Shown here: positions 55,927 through 64,000 of the stretch, piece by piece
How positions within the stretch are numbered: position 1 is the stretch's first letter
How the letters are laid out: every line of letters begins with the position of its first letter
Origin: Candidatus Fermentibacterota bacterium
GTDB lineage: Bacteria > Fermentibacterota > Fermentibacteria > Fermentibacterales > JCC-6
Reading direction: 5' to 3'
Assembly: GCA_963845085.1 (NCBI GenBank)
Contig: CAWJQI010000004.1
Span: 32,001-96,000, forward strand
DNA: 64,000 nt
Translations under genes and position numbers: made by a program
The notes under the pieces: model-generated
Databases searched by the model: none
The model's input: the letters and a program-made list of their open reading frames with translations, nothing else
What the model was told of the DNA's origin: nothing

Positions 55927-58900
55927 TCAATTCCTCACGACAGCCATCACTCCGGTAACGGAGGATTCACCTGCGGTGACAGTGTAAACATATGCGCCGG
56001 ATGCGACGGGGTCGCCGTCGGCATCGAGCAGGTTCCAAACGGACTGGTTATAGCCGGCGGTACCCTGCAGGTTCCTGAATGCGGCCACGGGGCGCCCGGC
56101 AACGGTGCAGACCTCGATGTCGACAGGGCCGGGTCCCGACTGCTGCCAGTGGAATCCTGCCTCGGTGGACGACGGGTTGGGGTAGATCCATACTCGCTCG
56201 AGGGTTGGTCCGGCGTCGGAGACAACCTCGATCTGCATCTCCGACCAGGAGATGTTGAGAAGGCAGTCGGTCACGCGGAGGCGGAGCTGGTGCGTTCCGG
56301 GTGCCAGGGCTGCAAGGGGCGCAAGAAGCCTCCCGCTCTCTGATGAGCCCTGGTTGTACACGAAATACTCTGAGACATCGGAGGGAACGCCGTCTACGTA
56401 CAGGGCAAGCTGCGCACCGGGATAGGGCAGCAGGTTGATGCCCGACTCGTCGGAAAGATCCGCGCAATACCAGATCTCGCCCGAAACACGGGGTACCACG
56501 GTGCCCCGGTAGCCCTGTATCCAGGCGTCGATCGAGGGACCGTCGGCATCGCCCGAAGGGGTGCCCGGTTCGAGGCGCCCCGGGTAGAGGCATGACAGGC
56601 TTCCCCCCCCCTCTCCCGGCGAGAAGAAACGAACCCTGGCAAGGTCTCCCGTTGTTGCCACAAGGGGAACGAACACCTCCTGCGTGAACGCCGGGGAGGC
56701 CTGAGTGAAGCCGCGGTGGAACAGGCCGGGAACCGTGAAGTAGCGTATGGGGAGGTTTGTCTGATACGTGTAGTAGGTGTCGGGCTGCATTGATTCCCAG
56801 GCGCTGACCAGCACAAGCCCCTCCCTTCCCTCGAGAGCGCCCTCGAAGGTGACGCGCTCGCCGGTCAGGAGGGTGGGGGTGTTGTGGGTTATCCCGCTGT
56901 CGGGAAGAGCAAGGGCCAGGGAACCGTCGCCGAACAGGATGTAGTACTTGCTCTGAGAGCCGCCGTCTTCGACCTTGCCGAGCCACGTGGCCTCGCCCAT
57001 CGAGAGGTCGAAGCCGGTGAACAGGAAGGTGAAGATGCTTTTCAGCAATTCGCAGTTCGAAGAGCCCTGGGTTTTAACCGAGGCGCCGAGGGCTGCAATC
57101 GCCCCGCCCGAGGGGGCAAGGGTCACATCGCCTGAAATGCACTTCCTGCCGGGGTGCTGGAACAACCCGACATCGCACGAACCGAAGATGGCGTAGGGAA
57201 GCCTGCGGTCGTTTGCCAGCTGGGCGCAGTCTTCAAGGTACATGAGGCCCTCGTCGGCTATCTGGTCGAAGCTGCCGTGCCCCATGTAGAACATTACAAG
57301 CGCGCCTTCCGACCACGTGTCGATGAGCGACTGCCTCCATTCCGGCTTCTTCCCGGCATCGTTCCAGGTGTGGAAGATGCCGTACTGCCGGTCAACGAAG
57401 AACCTGTCCGGGACATCGAGGATGATGGATTCGGTCTGGTCGGTGTGATACCGGTCGGTGTAGTGGGAAACGCCGTTTCTAATGGTTCTCTCGTCGTCGG
57501 CGGATGCTATGACCGCCGATTGCCATTCACCCGAAGCTTCACATTCAAAGTAGTCCCACGCACGCTGGGCAAGGAACTGCAGTTCGGATCGGTTGGTGGC
57601 GAACACCCGGGAGACGGCGAACTGGGGAACGTCCGATCCGCGAACGACGGCGTACCTGTCATCGCTCACGCCGTCATCTCCGGGCGATACAACTATGACG
57701 TCCATCGGGCAGGGCTGTGCGTAGAGGAAGTGTCTGGGATCGAAGTGCCCCGCACCAACGAGAACGAGCTCGGATGGAAGCGGGTCCCAAGTATCGAGAA
57801 CCCAGCTCATCATGGCCCTCAGGGCCTGAGGATCCCGCACGCCGCCGTTGAACTCGTCCCAGACCTCGGTGAGCGAGACAAAAACACGGCTGCGCCCGTC
57901 CGGACGGTCGAGAAGGGGCATGTCGGAAGCGAACTCGTCGGGGTACACCACGATGATGTCGCCTCCGGTGAGCGTGCCCCGGATGCGGCCGGGGGAGGCC
58001 GGCGAGACCGAGTACGGTTCCGGTATGCTGCCCGACGGGTACATGAACATCAGGGGCATCCGCCAGCCGTAGGGGATCTCGACCTCGAACGATGTGCCGG
58101 TCGGAAGGTCGAGGGCAAGGGCGAGTGTGTCGCCGTTCACGAGGAACGCCCGCGCAGAGTTGAGGTTCTGGGCCCAGTCAATCCTGCGGCGCTGGCCGAT
58201 GGGTATCGTCCAGACAAGGGGAACCTCGATGGCGGTTGACGAGGAGGTGAAGCTCTTCTCCGGAAAAACGGAAACCCAGTCGAAATTCACGGTATACGAC
58301 CCCGAGACCGGGGAGAACTGGATTCCAAGGCTGTTGCCGGTGTTCTTTATCCCTTTTACATCGAATGTGAGGATGTGCTTGCCGACCCCTGAGATAGTGG
58401 TGTCGCCCTGGACGGAACCGTTCAGGAGCGCCCTGACATTGGCCTGACCTGCGGTAAGGGCAAGACCCACCCTGACACTGCCGGACCCCGTGGCCCCGGG
58501 TGCGTCGAACGTGAGGTTGGCCGTCTGGGTGTGGCTGCCGGCAATCCGGGACCAGGCCCACCAGTCCCATGTCGAGATCTCGCGGATGTAGTTGTTCTCA
58601 AGGTGCAGCCTGCCCGTATAGAAGCTTCCGGCTGAGGGCTCGCCGGTCACCGAGCAATCCTGCTCTTCCATGAAAGGCCCGCCCGGGCCTCCCCAGGTGA
58701 GCCAGTAGGTGTTCAGCGAATCGTAACGGCTGTTGAAATGCAGGCCGTCGAAGCCGATGCTGTCGTCCCACCACGAAAGACCGCGGCCGAAGAACAGAAC
58801 CCTGTCGGATGAGTCGAACACGCCGTCGCCGCCGTCCTCGACAAGGATCGATACGGGCAGCGGCTCGAACGCCTCGGTCCAGGGGGTTTCCTCGTCCATG

Positions 58901-59619
58901 TTCACACCGCGTCCGCAGAACATGCTGAAGGACGACGAGGGCATGCCCACCGCTTCCGGCAGTGCAGCGCCCGTTATCTGGAAAACCCCTGCCGTGTCGA
59001 CCTGCACCCTAGCCCAGGGCATTCCCCAGAAGGGGCTTGACCCGGCCCGGGAAGCCGGTTCGAGCATGCAACCCTCATCGGTGCTGAAGAAACCGGAGTA
59101 AAGCACGCCCTGGTGGCCCGATACCACGTCGAAACCGCGAGACCCTCTTTCCCCGACGATAATTCTCATGCCCGAGGCCTGCAGAAGCTCGCCACCGGAG
59201 ACAGTAACGGGGTAGAGCGCCACCTCGACGAAGCCCGCACGCCTCCAGGTGCCGTACTGCACGACACGGCTCCACTCAGTCGGCAAAACGGAGGGAGACG
59301 CCTCGCGGAAGGCCTCGACACCCTCGGATGTAAAGTATGAGGCGGCAATGCCCGCTGCGGTCCCGATGCTTTGAACGCCGGTCGCCTCGACGCGCACCTG
59401 TGGCGTCGTGCCCGGCTCTATGGGAAGCCTTACGTACCGTACAGGCAGAAGAACATCATCCATCACCGAGCATCCGTCGATCCCGACTGCTGAATAGTCG
59501 CCAAGAGCGACCCGCTCAGGCCGCGCGAACTCGACGAAAAGCCCCTCCTGCAGGGCATCGCCGACAGGAAGCGTTAGTACTGATGGGAAGGCGGTCAACA
59601 TGAGCAGGAGAATTGTCAT
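55927..59619 (-). CDS. porU: PorU-like C25-family T9SS sortase with CTD
   Basis: EDGGDG.FD..D.VLFFG, N.YWLTWG, VWDEFNGG, catalytic YMGHGS and GSCDVG, ILFGDG, D.DGP and DESGINL motifs; CTD IYPNP...VASGAYVY. Confidence 0.82.
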   Translation of the reverse strand: MTILLLMLTAFPSVLTLPVGDALQEGLFVEFARPERVALGDYSAVGIDGCSVMDDVLLPVRYVRLPIEPGTTPQVRVEATGVQSIGTAAGIAASYFTSEGVEAFREASPSVLPTEWSRVVQYGTWRRAGFVEVALYPVTVSGGELLQASGMRIIVGERGSRGFDVVSGHQGVLYSGFFSTDEGCMLEPASRAGSSPFWGMPWARVQVDTAGVFQITGAALPEAVGMPSSSFSMFCGRGVNMDEETPWTEAFEPLPVSILVEDGGDGVFDSSDRVLFFGRGLSWWDDSIGFDGLHFNSRYDSLNTYWLTWGGPGGPFMEEQDCSVTGEPSAGSFYTGRLHLENNYIREISTWDWWAWSRIAGSHTQTANLTFDAPGATGSGSVRVGLALTAGQANVRALLNGSVQGDTTISGVGKHILTFDVKGIKNTGNSLGIQFSPVSGSYTVNFDWVSVFPEKSFTSSSTAIEVPLVWTIPIGQRRRIDWAQNLNSARAFLVNGDTLALALDLPTGTSFEVEIPYGWRMPLMFMYPSGSIPEPYSVSPASPGRIRGTLTGGDIIVVYPDEFASDMPLLDRPDGRSRVFVSLTEVWDEFNGGVRDPQALRAMMSWVLDTWDPLPSELVLVGAGHFDPRHFLYAQPCPMDVIVVSPGDDGVSDDRYAVVRGSDVPQFAVSRVFATNRSELQFLAQRAWDYFECEASGEWQSAVIASADDERTIRNGVSHYTDRYHTDQTESIILDVPDRFFVDRQYGIFHTWNDAGKKPEWRQSLIDTWSEGALVMFYMGHGSFDQIADEGLMYLEDCAQLANDRRLPYAIFGSCDVGLFQHPGRKCISGDVTLAPSGGAIAALGASVKTQGSSNCELLKSIFTFLFTGFDLSMGEATWLGKVEDGGSQSKYYILFGDGSLALALPDSGITHNTPTLLTGERVTFEGALEGREGLVLVSAWESMQPDTYYTYQTNLPIRYFTVPGLFHRGFTQASPAFTQEVFVPLVATTGDLARVRFFSPGEGGGSLSCLYPGRLEPGTPSGDADGPSIDAWIQGYRGTVVPRVSGEIWYCADLSDESGINLLPYPGAQLALYVDGVPSDVSEYFVYNQGSSESGRLLAPLAALAPGTHQLRLRVTDCLLNISWSEMQIEVVSDAGPTLERVWIYPNPSSTEAGFHWQQSGPGPVDIEVCTVAGRPVAAFRNLQGTAGYNQSVWNLLDADGDPVASGAYVYTVTAGESSVTGVMAVVRN

Positions 59620-59763
59620 GGTTGTCCCTCTTCGAAAGTACGGTCCGTCAACTTTGTAAGGATGAAGAACGCATGTAATCTACACCTTTCGCCCCTTACC
59701 GGGAAAGGTACTTGCTTTACGCCGAACAGGCTCTGCGGTTCCACAGAATGCCTGTCCGTCCGA

Positions 59764-60297
59764 TCAGAGGTCGGACAGTTCCAGGATCGGCCCCTCCTCG
59801 GGGTTCTCGCCGGGAAGCCTTTCCCCTTCCGGGATGAGCTCGGCCTTTACCCTGCTCTCCTCCACCTGGATCATGTTCTTCTGGCTTTCCATGAACTCCC
59901 GCATCCTTGCCAGAAGTGCGAGGCGCCTGTCCTGAAGCTCCCGGATCGTCTCGGAGAGAACCTGGACGCGGCGGTGTGCCTGGTTCAGCAGCGACTCGCT
60001 CTTCACCTGGGCATCGCGGATGATCAGCTCAGCCTCTCTTCTCGCGTCCTCCCTGGCGGTGGCAGCGCTTTTCTGCTGGGCGACCAGTACTTCCCTGACA
60101 GCGCCCTCCATCCTGTCGAAATCGCTGGCCCTGGCCCGAAGCAGTTCCAGCTCCCGTGAAGAGCTTTCACGGGTTTCAACGGTTTCCTCCCAGGCGTCCG
60201 CAAGCATCTCAAGAAATGCGTCGACCTCAGCCGAATCGTAGCCTCTCAGGGCCTTCTTGAACCTCTGTCTCCTGATGTCCAGAGGAGATATCTTCAT
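59764..60297 (-). CDS. divIVA: DivIVA domain protein
   Basis: ISPLDIRRQRFKKALRGYDSAEVDAFL followed by a coiled coil. Confidence 0.9.
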   Translation of the reverse strand: MKISPLDIRRQRFKKALRGYDSAEVDAFLEMLADAWEETVETRESSSRELELLRARASDFDRMEGAVREVLVAQQKSAATAREDARREAELIIRDAQVKSESLLNQAHRRVQVLSETIRELQDRRLALLARMREFMESQKNMIQVEESRVKAELIPEGERLPGENPEEGPILELSDL

Positions 60298-60325
60298 CGG
60301 GCCGTCTCCCTTCGTTTCCCCGAAA

Positions 60326-60997
60326 TCACCGTCGCACCCCGAAAAGCGCCCTTCCGAGCCTGACCATCGTGGCCCCCTCCCTCACGGCGTGCAGATAATC
60401 ATCACTCATGCCCATGGAAAGCGTTCCAAGCGGAATTCCCATGGAGCGTTTCAATTCGTCCCTCAATTCCCTGAGGAGGGCGAAAGCCCTTCTCGAACCC
60501 TCACCGCTCCCTGTCAGCGGGCCAACGGTAAAGAGCCCCTCGACACGCAGCCCGAGCTCGACCATGCGGCCTGCCGACTCGGCAAGAAGACCGGCGATCG
60601 GGGAAAAGCCCTTCTTGGAGGCTTCGCCGGAGGTGTTCACCTCGATCAGCAGAGGGTTTTCCGCCTTGCGTCTGGCAAGTTCCTGCGCCACTTCAATCCT
60701 GTCCACCGAATCGATCCAGTGGAAGTCGCGGATGGCCTGCCTGGTCTCGCGGACATGAAAGGCGCCGATGAGGTGGAACTCGGCGAAGGCACTCCCAAGT
60801 TCACGAATTTTCCTGCCACCCTCGGAAACCCTGTTCTCGCCGATGATTCGAACGCCCGCCTCGACGGCTTCACGAACGACCGAGACGGGATGTGTCTTGG
60901 TGACAGCCATGACGCTGACCTCGGCCGGGCATCTCCCCGCGTCGAGGCATGCCCGGGCGATTCCGTCCATTATTCCCTCAAGGTTCCTTCGTATCAT
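60326..60997 (-). CDS. yggS: PLP homeostasis protein YggS/PlpBP
   Basis: MAVTKT, IGENRV.E, LSMGMSDDY and GATMVRLG motifs. Confidence 0.93.
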   Translation of the reverse strand: MIRRNLEGIMDGIARACLDAGRCPAEVSVMAVTKTHPVSVVREAVEAGVRIIGENRVSEGGRKIRELGSAFAEFHLIGAFHVRETRQAIRDFHWIDSVDRIEVAQELARRKAENPLLIEVNTSGEASKKGFSPIAGLLAESAGRMVELGLRVEGLFTVGPLTGSGEGSRRAFALLRELRDELKRSMGIPLGTLSMGMSDDYLHAVREGATMVRLGRALFGVRR

Positions 60998-61095
60998 GCC
61001 CCAGACACCTCCCCGGGTAATATGCTCGATGGGAGGAACGGACACACCGCATCCCGGCTATAATATCGGTTGACAAAAAAACCGAAGGGATTTTC

Positions 61096-62697
61096 ATGAA
61101 GCTTTTCCCAGTGACAGCATGTATCGCCCTTTTAAGCGCCGCAGCGGTACCCCCTCCACCCGGCCTTTTTGACGCCCCGTCCATGGAACACCTCGGCTGG
61201 CTTGAGTCCTATGCAGACGCACGCGCCCGGGGCGTCGACGCCCCGAATCCCGCGGCGAACGCCGACAGCCCGATGGCAGACGCCCTGGACGGCGATCCGA
61301 TGAAGGTTCTGATCCTCCTGGTCGACTTCGATGACAACGTCGCCCTGACGGAACCCGCGTACTTCGACAGCATGGGCTTTGCATCCGACACGTTCAGCCT
61401 CCACAGGTACTACCTCGACGTCTCCTTCGGGCAGATAGACATCACAACAGTTGACTGGCCAAGCGGAACCGGCTGGCAGAGGGCTCCTGAAGACTATTCC
61501 TGGTACGTCAACAACAACTACGGCTGGGGTTCGTACCCCCAGAACAGCCAGGGGCTGGTCGAGGACGTGTGCGAACTTGTCGATCCCATAGTCGACTTCA
61601 GCGAGTACGACAACGACGGGGACGGTTACGTTGACGGCGTGAACCTCATGTTCGCGGGGCAGTTCACCGGCGCTCCCTCCACCATATGGCCCCACTGCTG
61701 GAGCCTGCCGAACCCCATGGAGCTCGACGGTGTCAACGTTTACACCTTCAGTGTCCAGAACGAGTACGACGACTCCCCCGGCGACAAGTCCGCAGCCGTG
61801 TTCTGCCACGAGTTCGGGCATGTTCTTGGCCTGCCCGATCTTTACGACTACGACTACGACTCGAACGGCACGGGGGACTGGTGTCTGATGAGCTTCGGGG
61901 TGTACAACGGCGGAGGCTGGAGCCCTGCCGAACTCAACGCGTGGTGCAGGAGCAAGCTGGGGGTCACCGAACTCATAAACATCACCGAAGCAGGCACCTA
62001 CGAGGTACCCGCCATCGAGGTTTCGAATGTTGCATACAGGCTTTACACGGATGGACAGGGCGGTGCAAGGTTCTTCGTCCTCGAAAACCGCCGTCCGATG
62101 AACTGGGACGAGGCACTTCCGGGCCACGGCGTGTTCATCTGGCACGTGGATGAAACAATGGGCAGCAACGACAACCAGTGGTGGCCCGGCTGCGGCTGGT
62201 ACCCCCACTACCGGGTGGCGCTCGAACAGGCCGACGGCCTCTACAACCTCGAGCACAATCAGGCCAGCGATGCGGGCGATCCCTGGCCGGGCACCTCAGG
62301 CAACCAGTACTTCGGTTACTGGACAGGCCCCGACAGCAGGGACTACTACGGCGACGACACCGGGGTTTACGTGGGTCCCATCCCCGAAACCGCCGACACC
62401 GTTGATGTGTTCATGTCGGTGAACTTCACCGGCATCGAGTCAACGCCACCCGCCGGATCGGCCCCCGCGCTCTCCTGGTCAGGAAGCACCCTTCTGCTTC
62501 ACCATGAAGGGGGGCAGGCTGTCCTTACGGTTTTCGACATGGCGGGACGGACTGTGGCCACCCTGCACAGCGGCGAACTTCCGGCGGGCGACCATTCGAT
62601 CGCCTGGAGCACAGGCGGAATTCCCGCCGGCGTTTACCTCGCGCTTTTCGAGAGTGCCGGCGGAAGTGTTTCGGCAAGGGGTGTGGTTCTCAGATAG
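61096..62697 (+). CDS. M6 family (immune inhibitor A-like) metalloprotease with T9SS-type CTD
   Basis: Signal peptide, VLILLVDFDD, DFSEYDNDGDG.VD, CHEFGHVLGLPDLY and WCLMS.G; CTD FDMAGR...PAGVYLA. Confidence 0.9.
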   Translation: MKLFPVTACIALLSAAAVPPPPGLFDAPSMEHLGWLESYADARARGVDAPNPAANADSPMADALDGDPMKVLILLVDFDDNVALTEPAYFDSMGFASDTFSLHRYYLDVSFGQIDITTVDWPSGTGWQRAPEDYSWYVNNNYGWGSYPQNSQGLVEDVCELVDPIVDFSEYDNDGDGYVDGVNLMFAGQFTGAPSTIWPHCWSLPNPMELDGVNVYTFSVQNEYDDSPGDKSAAVFCHEFGHVLGLPDLYDYDYDSNGTGDWCLMSFGVYNGGGWSPAELNAWCRSKLGVTELINITEAGTYEVPAIEVSNVAYRLYTDGQGGARFFVLENRRPMNWDEALPGHGVFIWHVDETMGSNDNQWWPGCGWYPHYRVALEQADGLYNLEHNQASDAGDPWPGTSGNQYFGYWTGPDSRDYYGDDTGVYVGPIPETADTVDVFMSVNFTGIESTPPAGSAPALSWSGSTLLLHHEGGQAVLTVFDMAGRTVATLHSGELPAGDHSIAWSTGGIPAGVYLALFESAGGSVSARGVVLR

Positions 62698-62720
62698 CCA
62701 TTGATGCATTCCGGGGGTGT

Positions 62721-63701
62721 CTACCCCTGGAATGCGTTTTCGTACGCCTCCGCCCTGAAGGTGTCAGGGTAGCCCGTAACAAGAAGCACATCGAACCTGC
62801 AGTCGCCCCTGAACCCCGAGGATGAAAGCCATTCCGAGGCGGCGGCGGTGATTCTTCTCTTTCTCAGGAAATCCACCTTGGCGAGGGCCAGGTGTTCGCA
62901 GCCTTCGAGGGCGTGCTTCACCTCAATGAAGGCTGCCGTGCCGTCGCGCACGGCGATTATGTCAATCTCCCCGTTCCTGGTGCGCCAGTTCCGCTCCCTG
63001 ATGCCATAGCCCCTCTCCACGAGCCATTCCGCGGCAAACTCCTCGGCGAGCCGTCCCGCATTCGGCGGGGTGGGATCGAACAGGTCTCCGGAACTGCCGG
63101 CGGAGTGGTCCTTGAGGGGCGCGAAGGACATCCTGTGCTCGGGACAGGGGCCATGCCGGAAAATGGCCTCGACATGGAGCCGCGACCCGTAGCCCTTGTG
63201 TCCGGCAAACCCGTACTCGGGATACCTTCCGTCAAGCTCGAGCATCATGTCGTCACGGGTCACCTTGGCGAGCACGCCGGCGGCGGCCACCGATGCGCTC
63301 TTCGAGTCCCCCTTCACGAGGAACCTGCAGGGATGGGGAAGACCCGAAACCGGGTTGCCGTCGACGAGGAAGATCAGGCCGGCCTTTGCCACAGGCTCCA
63401 TTGCCCTTTTGAATGCGGTTCTGATCGCTGTGCCCATGCCGCTGCCGTCAATCTCGGCCGGGGTGACGACCCCGGTTCCGATGGACAGGGCACACCCCCG
63501 AATCAGCGGTGCAAGCACCCTTCGTTTCCTGTCGGTAAGAACCTTGCTGTCCGCGAGACCGGGCAGATCGGGGTCAGACGGCAGCACGACCGCGCATGCG
63601 ACAAGGGGCCCCGCGAGGGGACCCCTTCCAGCTTCGTCCACACCGGCGAAAGGACCGATCTCGGCCCTCAGCCCAGAGTCAAAGAGGAACAGCCCGTCCA
63701 C
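62721..63701 (-). CDS. rnhB: Ribonuclease HII fused to a YraN (UPF0102) domain
   Basis: AGVDEAGRGPLAGP, DSK, VDG, KGD and HKGY motifs, then G..AE..A..WL...GY.I.ERNWR...GEIDII...FIEVK...RFDV in the same frame. Confidence 0.9.
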   Translation of the reverse strand: MDGLFLFDSGLRAEIGPFAGVDEAGRGPLAGPLVACAVVLPSDPDLPGLADSKVLTDRKRRVLAPLIRGCALSIGTGVVTPAEIDGSGMGTAIRTAFKRAMEPVAKAGLIFLVDGNPVSGLPHPCRFLVKGDSKSASVAAAGVLAKVTRDDMMLELDGRYPEYGFAGHKGYGSRLHVEAIFRHGPCPEHRMSFAPLKDHSAGSSGDLFDPTPPNAGRLAEEFAAEWLVERGYGIRERNWRTRNGEIDIIAVRDGTAAFIEVKHALEGCEHLALAKVDFLRKRRITAAASEWLSSSGFRGDCRFDVLLVTGYPDTFRAEAYENAFQG

Positions 63702-64000
63702 TAGGGCTGGAACGTGCGGCGTTCCTTGATCCTGGCGGCCTTGCCGGTCTTCTCCCTGAGGTAGAACAGCTTGGCCCTTCTGACCTTGCCGGCTCTCAGG
63801 ACTTCAAGGCTGTCGATCTTCGGGGAATGCACGGGGAAAACCCTCTCCACGCCGATTCCGCCGGAAATCTTTCTAACGGTGAAGGTCTCGCCCGTGCCGC
63901 TTCCCCTTCTGGAGATCACGACGCCCTGGAAGACCTGAATCCTCACCTTGTCGCCTTCCTTGACCTGGAAGTTCACCTTCACGGTGTCTCCGGGCCGGAA
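63701..64000 (-). CDS. rplS: 50S ribosomal protein L19 (5' end outside window)
   Basis: [27 protein letters not shown] and [12 protein letters not shown] motifs. Confidence 0.97.
   Translation of the reverse strand, partial: FRPGDTVKVNFQVKEGDKVRIQVFQGVVISRRGSGTGETFTVRKISGGIGVERVFPVHSPKIDSLEVLRAGKVRRAKLFYLREKTGKAARIKERRTFQP

Noticed and set aside
52747..56343. 1198-aa plus-strand ORF and other long antisense ORFs (e.g. 393..1727, 22748..23893, 39258..40322)
   Set aside because: These are shadow frames opposite well-supported minus-strand genes in high-GC DNA and have no recognisable motifs.
1..64000. CRISPR arrays, tRNA/rRNA genes, IS elements, prophage genes
   Set aside because: No regularly spaced repeats, cloverleafs, transposases or phage structural genes were seen by eye; dedicated scans were not run.

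Overview
This is a GC-rich bacterial chromosomal segment from an anaerobe. PorU/PorV, T9SS-type C-terminal domains (CTDs) and an [FeFe]-hydrogenase point to the FCB superphylum, possibly a Fermentibacterota-like lineage (inference only). Left to right it holds a Hyf/Ehr-type membrane subunit, an HTH-PTS IIA regulator, a CDF transporter, arsM, sigZ, a serpin divergent from a gingipain-like C25 protease, housekeeping genes (aminopeptidase, dnaE, comF, lgt, rodA-mrdA-mreDCB), PHP, HD and ankyrin genes, a degenerate hybrid kinase and a degenerate tyrosine recombinase. These are followed by a trimeric HydABC with non-bifurcating signatures, sahR-ahcY with a visible operator and promoter, a STAND/TPR protein, a roughly 15-kb porU-porV-led secretion and outer-membrane operon, divIVA-yggS, an M6 protease, an rnhB-yraN fusion and rplS. 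The most notable signal is missed by the ORF track: a secreted Omp28/thioredoxin-fold gene at 19751-20752. Its first redox Cys codon is an in-frame TGA (U-G-Y-C) followed by a SECIS-like hairpin, making it a probable T9SS-exported selenoprotein. An Acido-Lenti-1-like ncRNA lies just downstream. Four genes carry single-base (+1) frameshifts, most likely assembly errors. No CRISPR array, rRNA, tRNA or IS element was seen.
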